A DNA stretch of 47,071 nt from an uncultured Rhizobiaceae bacterium. GTDB lineage: Bacteria > Pseudomonadota > Alphaproteobacteria > CADEGL01. Each line of letters opens with the position of its first letter. Within the stretch, counting starts at the first letter, position 1. Of the stretch, positions 1 through 8,246 are shown piece after piece. The notes beneath the pieces are model-generated. The model ran no database searches, was not told where the DNA came from, and saw only the letters and a program-made list of their open reading frames with translations. The stretch spans positions 3,367 through 50,437 of the forward strand of contig CAYZFH010000001.1 in assembly GCA_964477375.1 (NCBI GenBank). The letters are read 5' to 3'. A program made the translations under genes and the position numbers.

Positions 1-168
1 GTCGTGGTCAGCGGCCCGATGTTCGGTGCCGGCAACCAGATCTTCGTCCCGGCTTCGCAGGTCCACATGTCTGGCGGCCGGGTGATGGCCAATGTTCCGC
101 CGGCCAACTTGGCCCAATCTCAGCGGTTCCAAGCCGCCGAGATGCAGCGCTTCGTCGTCGTGAACTGA
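1..168 (+). CDS. 3' end of a hypothetical protein (5'-truncated by window edge)
   Basis: Frame 1 is open from nt 1 to TGA at 166-168 (...RFQAAEMQRFVVVN*). Third codon positions are GC-rich and a strong hairpin terminator follows. No family recognised. Confidence 0.4.
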   Translation, partial: VVVSGPMFGAGNQIFVPASQVHMSGGRVMANVPPANLAQSQRFQAAEMQRFVVVN

Positions 169-192
169 CGGGACGCAACCGTCGAACCGAAA

Positions 193-220
193 GCGGCGCG
201 CCGTATCACCGGCGCGCCGC
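193..220 (+). terminator. Rho-independent terminator-like hairpin
   Basis: GCGGCGCGCCG-tatcac-CGGCGCGCCGC, a perfect 11-bp GC stem followed by tggcGTTTTG, 25 nt after the stop at 168. Confidence 0.6.
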
Positions 221-253
221 TGGCGTTTTGAGGTCCTGCTTCGCGCTTGTCAC

Positions 254-279
254 GGAACCGGCTTGGAACGGCGCGGGTT
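254..279 (+). promoter_or_regulatory. Candidate EcfG-type (alphaproteobacterial general stress response) promoter of csbD
   Basis: GGAAC (254-258), 17-nt spacer, GGTT (276-279), about 55 nt upstream of the csbD ATG. This resembles the GGAAC-N16-17-cGTT consensus. The same GGAAC/GGTT pair is found upstream of katE. Confidence 0.4.
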
Positions 280-332
280 TAGTTGGCGATGGCGCTCTTG
301 CGGCGCCGAATCCGTAAATCGAAGGAGTCGAC

Positions 333-530
333 ATGAATTGGGATACGACCAAAGGCAACTGGAATCAGTTCAAGGGCAAGGTCAAGGAACAGTGGGGCAA
401 GCTGACCGATGACGATCTGGCCCGCATCGAAGGCCAGCGCGACCAGCTTCTCGGCCGCGTGCAGGAGCGCTATGGCATCGAGAAGGAAGAAGCCGAAAAG
501 CAGGTGAAGCAGTTCGAGAGCCGCCACTAA
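333..530 (+). CDS. csbD: CsbD-family stress response protein
   Basis: 65 aa reading MNWDTTKGNWNQFKGKVKEQWGKLTDDDL...GRVQERYG, the typical CsbD repeat signature. GAAGGAG RBS at 321-327. Terminator follows. Confidence 0.9.
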   Translation: MNWDTTKGNWNQFKGKVKEQWGKLTDDDLARIEGQRDQLLGRVQERYGIEKEEAEKQVKQFESRH

Positions 531-552
531 GCGGTCATCGGACGGAACGGAA

Positions 553-576
553 GCCCGGCCTTTTGCGAGGCCGGGC
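553..576. terminator. Bidirectional terminator hairpin between convergent csbD and ppd
   Basis: GCCCGGCC-ttttgcga-GGCCGGGC, a perfect 8-bp stem flanked by A-rich sequence upstream (gaa) and TTTC downstream. It lies between stops at 530 (+) and 587 (-). Confidence 0.6.
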
Positions 577-586
577 TTTCGCGTTT

Positions 587-1747
587 CTAGCGTCCGGTCA
601 CAAAGGCGCGGAAGCGGCGCGCCACATCCTTGGGCGCGACCGTGGGGCGGCCGAGTTTCTCCATCGAGCCCGGTGCGATGCGGGCGTGGATCAATGAGGG
701 GCCGGATGTCTTGATCGCGGTGCGGAAAGCGTCCTGGAAACCATCCGCGTCGTCGCAGCGCGCGGCGGTGGCATAGCCGCAGGCCAGCGCCGCCGAGGCG
801 AAGTCGACCGAAGGCGAGACGGTTGCCTGGCCGCCGGTCGAATCATGGGTGCCGTTGTCCAGCACGATGTGAATCAAGTTCTTCGGTGCATAGGCGCCGA
901 TGGTGGCCAGGTTGCCCATCTTCATCAGTGCCGCGCCGTCGCCGTCCAGCACCACCACGGGACGTTCCGTGTTCAGCGCGACGCCAAGGCCCATGGCGCT
1001 TGCGCCGCCCATGGAGCCGACCTGATAGAGGTGTTGCGCGCGGTCGGCCAGGGTGAACAGTTCGCGGCCGCATTTTCCGGTCGTGGCGACCACGGCGGCT
1101 TCGGCGGGCACGATGTCGAGGAAGCGCGTAAGGACATCGGCGCGTGTCGGCCGTGCGCCGTGCCGTCGCAGATCGGCCGAGGCGCCCGCAGGCCGCGTCT
1201 CGGGAGCGGCTTGGTCCAGCCCGTCATCGCGCACGGAATCCTTTTCCATCACGAAGGCGAAGGGCAGGGCGCTGGAGCCCATGTGGGACAACGCGGCTTC
1301 GAGCGCGGGCGCGACTTGGCTTTCCGCGCGCGGAAACGGCGCGTGGCGGATTTCCATCGCTTCCAGCAGGCGCTGGGTGATCTGGCCCATCAGCTCGTGC
1401 TGCGGCTCGTCCTTCAATCCCGGCTGGCCGCGCCAGGTCACGATCAGAAGCGTCGGGATACGGAACGGATAATTGAGGGACGTCAGAGGATTGACCGTGT
1501 TTCCCAGGCCCGAGTTCTGGCACATCACGGCGGTTTCGCGCCCGGCCAGCCAAGCGCCCGCCGCGATCGCGACCGCTTCGCCCTCGCTGGCCGCGCCGAC
1601 ATAGCGGATGCGTTTGTCGGAAATGACCCGGTTGATCAGCGGCGTCAAGAACGAGCAGGGCACGCCGGTATAGAAATCGACGCCGCACGCCCGCGCCGCA
1701 TCGAGAAAGATGTCGGCGGAGATTTGGCTAGAGGAAGTTGCGGGCAT
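587..1747 (-). CDS. ppd: Phosphonopyruvate decarboxylase (ThDP-dependent)
   Basis: 386 aa. The N-terminus ([28 protein letters not shown]) and the ThDP motif [16 protein letters not shown]...[18 protein letters not shown] are typical of Ppd/AepY. The start overlaps the pepM stop by 20 nt, indicating an operon. Confidence 0.85.
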   Translation of the reverse strand: MPATSSSQISADIFLDAARACGVDFYTGVPCSFLTPLINRVISDKRIRYVGAASEGEAVAIAAGAWLAGRETAVMCQNSGLGNTVNPLTSLNYPFRIPTLLIVTWRGQPGLKDEPQHELMGQITQRLLEAMEIRHAPFPRAESQVAPALEAALSHMGSSALPFAFVMEKDSVRDDGLDQAAPETRPAGASADLRRHGARPTRADVLTRFLDIVPAEAAVVATTGKCGRELFTLADRAQHLYQVGSMGGASAMGLGVALNTERPVVVLDGDGAALMKMGNLATIGAYAPKNLIHIVLDNGTHDSTGGQATVSPSVDFASAALACGYATAARCDDADGFQDAFRTAIKTSGPSLIHARIAPGSMEKLGRPTVAPKDVARRFRAFVTGR

Positions 1748-3395
1748 TCGCCAGATCGTAGGCGTCGTTGACGTCGAGCCACTGGCCCGCGACGTAGGTC
1801 ACATCCAGCCGCACACCGCGCGCGACCAGGCGGCCGAACAGATCGGGCAAGCCCGCCGTCTTCCAGGAGCCATCGGCTTTCATGGAAGCGATCTCTTCGC
1901 GCACCAGTGCCGATCCCTTGGCACTCAGCTTGGCCAGGCCGACCCATTCGCCGTCGATGGCGTTCGGCTTCAGGATGCCGCCGATGCCGGTGATGGTGGC
2001 GTGTTCGTCGTCCAGCACGCCGGCGGTCGAGGGGCGTGAACAATTGACCAGGTCGCGCGTGCGCCCGCCCCCCACGCCCTCGCGCGCCTTCCACAGCGCA
2101 TCGACGGCGAGCACGATGTCGCCCGGCGCATCCAGAAGGGAGGACAGGATGTGGTTGCGGAACAGGATGTCGCCATAGCTGATCAGGCATTCGCCTTCGA
2201 TCTGCTTCTCGGCGCAAGCCAGCGACGCCACTTCGCCCGTGGTCTCGTAGGCGTCGTTGTCGACCGTGCGGATCGCGGGAACGTCGATCGCATCCTTGCG
2301 ATAGCCGCGCACGACGGTCACGTCGCGCACGCCCTGTTCGCGCAGGGAGCCAACCAGGCGGCGCAGCAAAGGCTGGCCGCGGATATCGACCATGCATTTC
2401 GGCTTGTCGGCGGTCAGCGCTTCTAGCGTGCTGCCGCGCGAGGCGGCCAGCACCACGGCCTTGGGCTTCGCCTTGGCAACACCGAGATAGCGCCGCTCGG
2501 CGTCGTTCAACTCCGCGTTCTCCGACAGGTCGAAGACGTCCTGCACGCTGGCCACGCGGCCTTCCACGCTCGCCAGATTGCCTTCGCGGTAGATGCGCTC
2601 GGAGGTCTCGCGCATGGCCGTGATGGCCGCGCGCAGATTGTGGTTGGCCCAGATCACCAGCGAGACGCCGGCGTCGGCGAAGGCCTCGGTCGGCGTCGCG
2701 TGATACATGGTCGGCACGATGACGACGGGGCAGCGACCGGCCCATTCGGTCATGAAGCGCAGGATCTCGTCGGCGGTCTTCAGCTTGGAGTGGATCAGGA
2801 TCGCGTCGGCGCCGGCCGCGTGATAGGCCTCGGCGCGGCGCAACGCCTCGTCGATGCCCCAGCCCGAGATCAGCGCCTCAACGCGCGCGACCATGCAGAA
2901 ATCGTCGTCAAGCTGGCTGTCCTTGCCGGCCTTGATCTTGCCGCAGAACTCCTCGATGTCGGCCAAAGGCTGGGCGTCGCCGATGAAGCTGTTGGTCTTG
3001 GGGAACAGCTTGTCCTCGATGCACACGCCCGCGATGTTGCGCTGGCACAGCTTGCGCACCAGGCGGCGCACATTGTTGAAATTGCCATAGCCCGTGTCGC
3101 CGTCGACCAGGATGGGGATCCGGGTGGCGTCGGACATGAATTCCAGGACCTCGAGCACCTGGGTCCAGGACGCCTCGTTGGAATCGCGCACGCCCAGCGC
3201 GGCCGAGATCGACAAGCCCGAGGCCCAGATGCCCTCGAAGCCCGCCTGCTCGACGATCTTCGCCGACAGGCCGTTATGGGCCTCCATGATGAAGGACAGT
3301 TCGGGCGCGTTCAGCATCGCACGCAGCCGCGCGGCCTTGCTGGGCTGCGCGTCGGTGGGCGGCGTCCGGGGGATCGCGACCGGTCTCTGGGCCAT
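1728..3395 (-). CDS. pepM: Phosphoenolpyruvate mutase fused to a C-terminal nucleotidyltransferase (PntC/LicC-like) domain
   Basis: 555 aa. Residues 1-300 are isocitrate-lyase/PEP-mutase fold and carry the PepM-diagnostic EDKxxxxxNS motif (E127-DKLFPKT-NS136, nt 2988-3017). Residues about 312-555 start with [31 protein letters not shown], a sugar/phosphobase nucleotidyltransferase signature. Confidence 0.9.
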   Translation of the reverse strand: MAQRPVAIPRTPPTDAQPSKAARLRAMLNAPELSFIMEAHNGLSAKIVEQAGFEGIWASGLSISAALGVRDSNEASWTQVLEVLEFMSDATRIPILVDGDTGYGNFNNVRRLVRKLCQRNIAGVCIEDKLFPKTNSFIGDAQPLADIEEFCGKIKAGKDSQLDDDFCMVARVEALISGWGIDEALRRAEAYHAAGADAILIHSKLKTADEILRFMTEWAGRCPVVIVPTMYHATPTEAFADAGVSLVIWANHNLRAAITAMRETSERIYREGNLASVEGRVASVQDVFDLSENAELNDAERRYLGVAKAKPKAVVLAASRGSTLEALTADKPKCMVDIRGQPLLRRLVGSLREQGVRDVTVVRGYRKDAIDVPAIRTVDNDAYETTGEVASLACAEKQIEGECLISYGDILFRNHILSSLLDAPGDIVLAVDALWKAREGVGGGRTRDLVNCSRPSTAGVLDDEHATITGIGGILKPNAIDGEWVGLAKLSAKGSALVREEIASMKADGSWKTAGLPDLFGRLVARGVRLDVTYVAGQWLDVNDAYDLANARNFL

Positions 3396-3461
3396 GGGGC
3401 GGGACTTAAACCGGCCTTCTCCGGGAACTCAAGGCCTAAGGCGGTCCCGGGCGGGCGGCCT

Positions 3462-3483
3462 GCCGTTCCGGTCCTGGAACGGC
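3462..3483 (+). promoter_or_regulatory. Perfect 8-bp hairpin/palindrome in the pepM-ligase divergent intergenic region
   Basis: GCCGTTCC-ggtcct-GGAACGGC with a T5 run 7 nt downstream (3491-3495), about 65 nt upstream of the ligase ATG. It could be a leader structure or a protein-binding dyad. Function unknown. Confidence 0.3.
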
Positions 3484-3546
3484 GCTGCCATTTTTATGGG
3501 CTCCCTATATCATTGGCCCCGTTGGGGGATTTCGGAAGGCAGGGAA

Positions 3547-5166
3547 ATGGTTGCCAGCACCCATGATGCCGTCGCGTTCCGGCGGGCCGTCGAGGCCGAG
3601 CCATTGCCGGAAACCCTGCCCGCACTCCTGGACCAGGCGGCCTCGCGCCATCCCGACCGGCTGATCTGGAACTTCTTCGAGCGGAACGAGAGCTACACCT
3701 ACCGCCAGGCGCAGGAGCGCGTGGCGCGGGCTGCCAACGCCCTGCGCGCGCTCGGTGTGCGCAAGGGCACCCATGTCGGGATCATGTCGCCCAACGTCGG
3801 CGCCTTTCCCGTCACCTGGCTCGCGCTCGGGCGGCTCGGCGCCGTAGCGGTCGCGCTCAACACCCGCTACACGCCGCGTGAGGTCGATTACGTCCTACGC
3901 GACAGCGACGCCGACTTCTTCATCGTGCACGAAAGCCTGCGCGCGATTTATGAAGCGATTCCCGACAAGCCGCCGCGCATCGCGAAAGACCGCATCGTTG
4001 TCATCGAAGGCGCGGGCTCCGGCTACAAAGTCTGGGACGATTTGGTGAATGCAGCGGCGCCCGACTTCACGGCGCAGGAGCCGGTCGCCTGCGACGACGT
4101 GCTCAACATCCAATACACCTCGGGCACCAGCGGCTTCCCCAAGGGCTGCCTGCTGACGCATCGCTATTGGCTGACCATGGGCAAGTCGCACAGCGCGATC
4201 ACCGAGATGCCGATCGAGCGTGCGCTCTACAACCAAAACTTCTTCTATCTGGACGGGCCGTGCATCGCGACGATGTGCATGTTCCTGGGCGCCACGTTCT
4301 TCTTCGCGTCCAAGCCGAGCGCCGCCAAGTTCGTCGAATGGGCGCGCACCCACCGCATCAATTACTTGTTCTTCTTCGAAGTGCTCTACAAGCAGCCCGA
4401 GACCCCGCTCGACGGTCAGAGCGAGTTGAAGATGATTCACATCTTCGGCTTCAACAAAAAATACCACACCGATCTCGAACGCCGCTTCGCGCTGATCGCG
4501 CGCGAGTCCTACGGTATGACCGAGGCCGGTTGCATCACCTACATGCCGGTGGCGGACGCGCACATGGTGGGCTCTGGCTCCTGCGGCATCCCCGCACCCT
4601 GGCGCGAGGTGAAGATCGCGGGCGACGACGGCGTGCCCGTCGCGCGTGGCGAGATCGGTGAATTGTGGGTGCGCGGCCCGGGCATGATGCTGGGCTACTA
4701 CAAGAAGCCCGAGGCCAATGCCGAATCCCTGCGCGACGGCTGGTTCCTGACCGGCGATCTGCTGCGGCAGGATGAGGCCGGCTACTACTACATTGTGGGC
4801 CGGAAGAAGGACATGATCCGGCGCAACGCCGAGAACGTCGCCGCGCGCGAGGTCGAGGCCGTGCTGCGTGGCCTGCCGCAAGTGAAGGAAGCCGCCGTGG
4901 TGCCGGTGCCGGACGAGCGGGTGGGCGAGGAGATCAAGGCCTATCTGCAACTCCAGCCGGGCTTGAAGCACGCCGATCTTCCGCCCGAACAGGTGATCGC
5001 CCACTGCAAGGCGAATCTCGCCAGCTTCAAGATCCCGCGCTACATCGCCTTCGCGGACACGTTTCCGATGACCGATTCGGACCGGGTCGAGAAGAAAAAG
5101 CTCGTCGCGGGCGTGCCCGACCTCACGCGCGACAGTTACGATCGCGTCGACAACATCTGGCGATAG
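3547..5166 (+). CDS. AMP-dependent synthetase/ligase (ANL superfamily, acyl-CoA synthetase-like)
   Basis: 539 aa from ATG 3547 (ggaaggcagggaa upstream). Motifs present: A3 YTSGTSGFPKGC, A5 YGMTE, A7 TGDL and A8 GRKKDMIRR. The ORF-track extension 3094-3546 lies antisense to pepM and is not used. Confidence 0.85.
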   Translation: MVASTHDAVAFRRAVEAEPLPETLPALLDQAASRHPDRLIWNFFERNESYTYRQAQERVARAANALRALGVRKGTHVGIMSPNVGAFPVTWLALGRLGAVAVALNTRYTPREVDYVLRDSDADFFIVHESLRAIYEAIPDKPPRIAKDRIVVIEGAGSGYKVWDDLVNAAAPDFTAQEPVACDDVLNIQYTSGTSGFPKGCLLTHRYWLTMGKSHSAITEMPIERALYNQNFFYLDGPCIATMCMFLGATFFFASKPSAAKFVEWARTHRINYLFFFEVLYKQPETPLDGQSELKMIHIFGFNKKYHTDLERRFALIARESYGMTEAGCITYMPVADAHMVGSGSCGIPAPWREVKIAGDDGVPVARGEIGELWVRGPGMMLGYYKKPEANAESLRDGWFLTGDLLRQDEAGYYYIVGRKKDMIRRNAENVAAREVEAVLRGLPQVKEAAVVPVPDERVGEEIKAYLQLQPGLKHADLPPEQVIAHCKANLASFKIPRYIAFADTFPMTDSDRVEKKKLVAGVPDLTRDSYDRVDNIWR

Positions 5167-5177
5167 GGAAAACGAGG

Positions 5178-5570
5178 ATGGCCGAGAAGGAACCGGTGAC
5201 CGAGGGGATGCTGCGCTTGCGCCTCGGCCTGCACGACACCCATTACGCGGACGGTCTGATCCCCGCGGCCACGATCATGCGCCTGTTCGCCGATTGCCAG
5301 TCCGAGGTGTCGATCCGCATGGACGGTGTCGACGGCTACATGGCGGCGTACGAGAAGTCGGAATTCCTGAAGCCCATCTATGCCGGCGACTATCTCGAGA
5401 TTCGCGCGAAGCTGATCGGCCAAGGCAACCGTTCGCGGCGCTTCGCCATGGAAGCCCTGCGCTGCTTGGCGACCAAGGAGCTGGGCGGCGGATTATCGGG
5501 CGGCACCATTTTCGATCCGCCGGAGCTTGTGGCGCGTGCAACGCTGGTGTGCGTGAAGCCGCGCACCTGA
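5178..5570 (+). CDS. Hotdog-fold protein resembling 3-aminobutyryl-CoA / beta-alanyl-CoA ammonia-lyase (Kal-like)
   Basis: 130 aa, starting 12 nt after the ligase stop. The pattern LRLRLGLHDTHYADGLIPAATIMRLFAD...DGVDGYMAAYEKSEFLKPIYAGDYLE matches my recollection of the Kal family. The specific lyase call is tentative; the hotdog fold is likely. Confidence 0.6.
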   Translation: MAEKEPVTEGMLRLRLGLHDTHYADGLIPAATIMRLFADCQSEVSIRMDGVDGYMAAYEKSEFLKPIYAGDYLEIRAKLIGQGNRSRRFAMEALRCLATKELGGGLSGGTIFDPPELVARATLVCVKPRT

Positions 5571-5642
5571 CGGGCCGCCCCGTGGCGGGCGGCGCCCATC
5601 GCGGGCGATGCGGCGGCTGCCGGCGGCATCACGGTCAATGCT

Positions 5643-5843
5643 TTGGCTATCCTGCAGAACGATCTGAAGGGTCCGTCCGGCAAGCCGCTTCTGGTCGAAA
5701 CCTACGAGCGCGAAGTGATCGGCGGGCCGGGCGCTTTTGCGATGGCCGCGCGTGAACGGGCGGACTTCGCCCGCGCCCTGCGCCAGAAGATGGTGCGCGA
5801 GATCGCGGGTGCAGAGAAACCGCTGACGCTTGCCAGTCAGTAG
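5643..5843 (+). CDS. Small hypothetical protein (66 aa, TTG start)
   Basis: Only possible start in frame after the in-frame TGA at 5568-5570. Third positions are strongly GC-biased, consistent with coding. The 3' end overlaps the convergent gene by 7 nt. No family recognised. Confidence 0.35.
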   Translation: MAILQNDLKGPSGKPLLVETYEREVIGGPGAFAMAARERADFARALRQKMVREIAGAEKPLTLASQ

Positions 5844-6535
5844 CGCGTCGCGGCCGCTTTATCGGGCGCGGGAGTCTCCAGCAGCTTGCCGGCGCGCGCC
5901 TCCATGGCGTCGCGCGGGCGCAGACGCCGCGCCTGCGCCGTGCTCAGAAGCGGGAAGTGGCGCGTCTCGTCGATCGCGAGCGCGGCGTCCCAGCAATGGT
6001 CCTTGCTGGTGACCCACAGGGCGGGATCGAGGCGGCGCAAATCGTAGGGCTGCGAATAGCGGCGCAGCGTCTTCCGCGTGCCGATGACGTATTCGTGAAA
6101 ATAGGACAGCGCCAGTTCGCGCGGGCTGCGGTAGATCGGATCACGCCAGCGCAGCCAGATGTGGTTGCTCTTCGAGATGGCGCCCCAGTGTTTGCCGCGG
6201 CGGAACAGGGCCACCACATGGTCATCGTCGCCCTGCGCCTGGAAATCCATCAGCAGCGGCGGTTGTCCCGCCAGCCACAGGGCGCAGGCCGCGGTGAACG
6301 CGGCCTCGATGCAATGGGCGTGGCCGGCGTCGAGCGTGGACGCGACCGAAAGGCAGGTATCGCCGTTCGGCTCGAAGTTGGTCGGCAGGGCGGAGATGAA
6401 ATCCTGAATGCGTTCCGGCGTGCGCAGCTTCGCCAAGGTCGCCGCATGGGCGCGCGAAAGCCCGAGCTTGCGCCCGAGCGCCGTACCGCGCAGGCGGCTT
6501 CGCTTAGAAACGGTCGGCGCGGAACGGCGCGACAT
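5837..6535 (-). CDS. Hypothetical protein, possible papain/transglutaminase-like Cys-His hydrolase fold
   Basis: 232 aa. GHAHCIEAAFTAACAL (candidate nucleophile Cys) is followed by DDDHVVALF (candidate His). The start overlaps the upstream FAD oxidoreductase stop by 32 nt. The fold call is weak. Confidence 0.55.
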   Translation of the reverse strand: MSRRSAPTVSKRSRLRGTALGRKLGLSRAHAATLAKLRTPERIQDFISALPTNFEPNGDTCLSVASTLDAGHAHCIEAAFTAACALWLAGQPPLLMDFQAQGDDDHVVALFRRGKHWGAISKSNHIWLRWRDPIYRSPRELALSYFHEYVIGTRKTLRRYSQPYDLRRLDPALWVTSKDHCWDAALAIDETRHFPLLSTAQARRLRPRDAMEARAGKLLETPAPDKAAATRY

Positions 6536-7775
6536 CGAAATCCGTTTTGCGGCCGGCGACGAGATCGGCGATGGCCTTGCCGGTCACGGCACCCAGCGTC
6601 AGGCCGTAATGATCGTGGCCGAAGGCCAGCATGACGCCGGGTGTATTGGGCGCGGGGCCGACGACCGGCTTCGAATCCGGCAGCGACGGCCGCATGCCCA
6701 TCCAGGGGACAGCACCCTCGGTGTTCAACCCGGGCACCAGGCGCTTGGCGCGCTTAATCATCGGGTCGACGCGGCGATAGTCGGGCGCCGCATGTACGCT
6801 GGCCAATTCGTCAGTGCCGGCGATGCGCAAGCCCAATTCCATCGGCGTCATATAGAAGCCGCCTTCGGCGGACTTCACCGGAATGCGCAGCTCGACGCCG
6901 GGGTTCGGCAGCATGGCGTGATAGCCGCGTTCGGTATCCAGCGGCACGCGCGATCCGGCCTGTGCGGCGAATTGCTTGGACAGCGCGCCGGCCGCGACGA
7001 CGACCAGATCGGCGTCCAGCGGCGCACCGTCCGTGTGCACGGTCGACTTGCCGCCGCCCTTGGCCTCGATGCGCTTGGCCTCGCCGCGCACGAACGTGCC
7101 GCCGCGCTTCGCCGCCAGTTCGGCGATGCGCTGGCTGTGCTTCAGCGGGTTGATGACGGTGTCCATGTCGGTGCGATGGATGCCGCCCGCGAAATTGCCG
7201 GCGAGCGCAGGCTCGATCTGGCGGATTTCCTCCGGGCCCACCACGTTCAGCGGCACGCCGTGGCGTTGGCGCATCTTCACGCTGGTCTGGATGTTGTCGA
7301 ACGCGGTCTTGGTTTCGAACACCTCCAGCGCGCCGCGCGGGCGGATCAGGTCGGCCAGGCCCGCTTCGGCCACGATGGGCTCATAGCATTTGCGCGCATG
7401 CGCGATCATCGCGCCGAAATCGCGCATGAAGGATTCGACGTTCTGCGGCGTCGCGGAGGCGACGAAGCGGATAAGCCAAGGCGCCAAGGTCAGAAGGTGG
7501 GCCCAGCGGATGGTCAAGGGACCCATCGGGTCCATCAGCATGCCGGGCACGCGCTTGAGGATACCGGGGGTGGCCAGCGGCAAGAAGGTCGAGTCCGAGC
7601 GTTGCCCGGCGTTGCCGTAGGAGCAGCCTTCGCCTGGCCCGCGCGGGTCGATCCAGGTGACTTGCCAGCCGTCGCGCTGCAGATAAGTGCCGCAGCACAG
7701 TCCCACGATGCCCGCGCCGATCACCACCGCATGGCCGCGGCCGCTTGTGCCCTGAGACGTCACGAGATCCCCCAT
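6504..7775 (-). CDS. FAD-dependent oxidoreductase, D-amino-acid dehydrogenase/DAO family
   Basis: The GHAVVIGAGIVGLCCGTYLQRDG dinucleotide-binding motif and about 420 aa length are typical of DadA-like enzymes. Start is taken at ATG 7775 (MGDLVTSQ); a GTG at 7799 is an alternative. Confidence 0.8.
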   Translation of the reverse strand: MGDLVTSQGTSGRGHAVVIGAGIVGLCCGTYLQRDGWQVTWIDPRGPGEGCSYGNAGQRSDSTFLPLATPGILKRVPGMLMDPMGPLTIRWAHLLTLAPWLIRFVASATPQNVESFMRDFGAMIAHARKCYEPIVAEAGLADLIRPRGALEVFETKTAFDNIQTSVKMRQRHGVPLNVVGPEEIRQIEPALAGNFAGGIHRTDMDTVINPLKHSQRIAELAAKRGGTFVRGEAKRIEAKGGGKSTVHTDGAPLDADLVVVAAGALSKQFAAQAGSRVPLDTERGYHAMLPNPGVELRIPVKSAEGGFYMTPMELGLRIAGTDELASVHAAPDYRRVDPMIKRAKRLVPGLNTEGAVPWMGMRPSLPDSKPVVGPAPNTPGVMLAFGHDHYGLTLGAVTGKAIADLVAGRKTDFDVAPFRADRF

Positions 7776-7859
7776 TGGTTGACCTGAGAAAAATACCACA
7801 CCAGGCGCGCGACGGCAATTCGGTTAGCATGGCGCCCCGGTCGGACGGAGAGGGCAGAC

Positions 7860-8246
7860 ATGGCGGCGCATCGGAACTGGTGGCTGGTCTTGGCCGGCTT
7901 GAACGGCGCGGCTTTCGTGGCGCTGGGCGCCTATGGTGCGCACGGTCTGGGAGACGCGCCGCAGGCGCAGCGCTGGTTCGACATTGCGCTCCGCTTTCAC
8001 GCCTGGCATGCGGCGGCCATGCTGGCCGTCGCGCTGTGGCTGCCCGCGGGAAGCGCCGTGCGCTGGCTGCGTGGCATCGCCTTGGCGCTGTTCCTGAGCG
8101 GCACGATTCTCTTCAGCGGCTCTCTTTATCGGATGGCGCTCACGGATTTGCCGCTGTTCGCGGGCGCCGCGCCCATCGGGGGCACGAGTTTCATTCTCGG
8201 CTGGCTTACACTCGCCGCGGCAGGTTTCGTCAGGTCGAGGGCTTGA
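7860..8246 (+). CDS. DUF423-domain inner-membrane protein
   Basis: 128 aa with four hydrophobic helices. The pattern GLNGAAFVALGAYGAHGL...HAWHA...LFSGSLY is typical of DUF423/YgdD-like proteins. GGAGAGGG RBS. Confidence 0.85.
   Translation: MAAHRNWWLVLAGLNGAAFVALGAYGAHGLGDAPQAQRWFDIALRFHAWHAAAMLAVALWLPAGSAVRWLRGIALALFLSGTILFSGSLYRMALTDLPLFAGAAPIGGTSFILGWLTLAAAGFVRSRA

Noticed and set aside
3094-3546. N-terminal 151-codon extension of the ligase ORF in the ORF track
   Set aside because: It runs antisense through the pepM 5' end and the intergenic region. The ANL homology begins only after ATG 3547, which has a purine-rich RBS.
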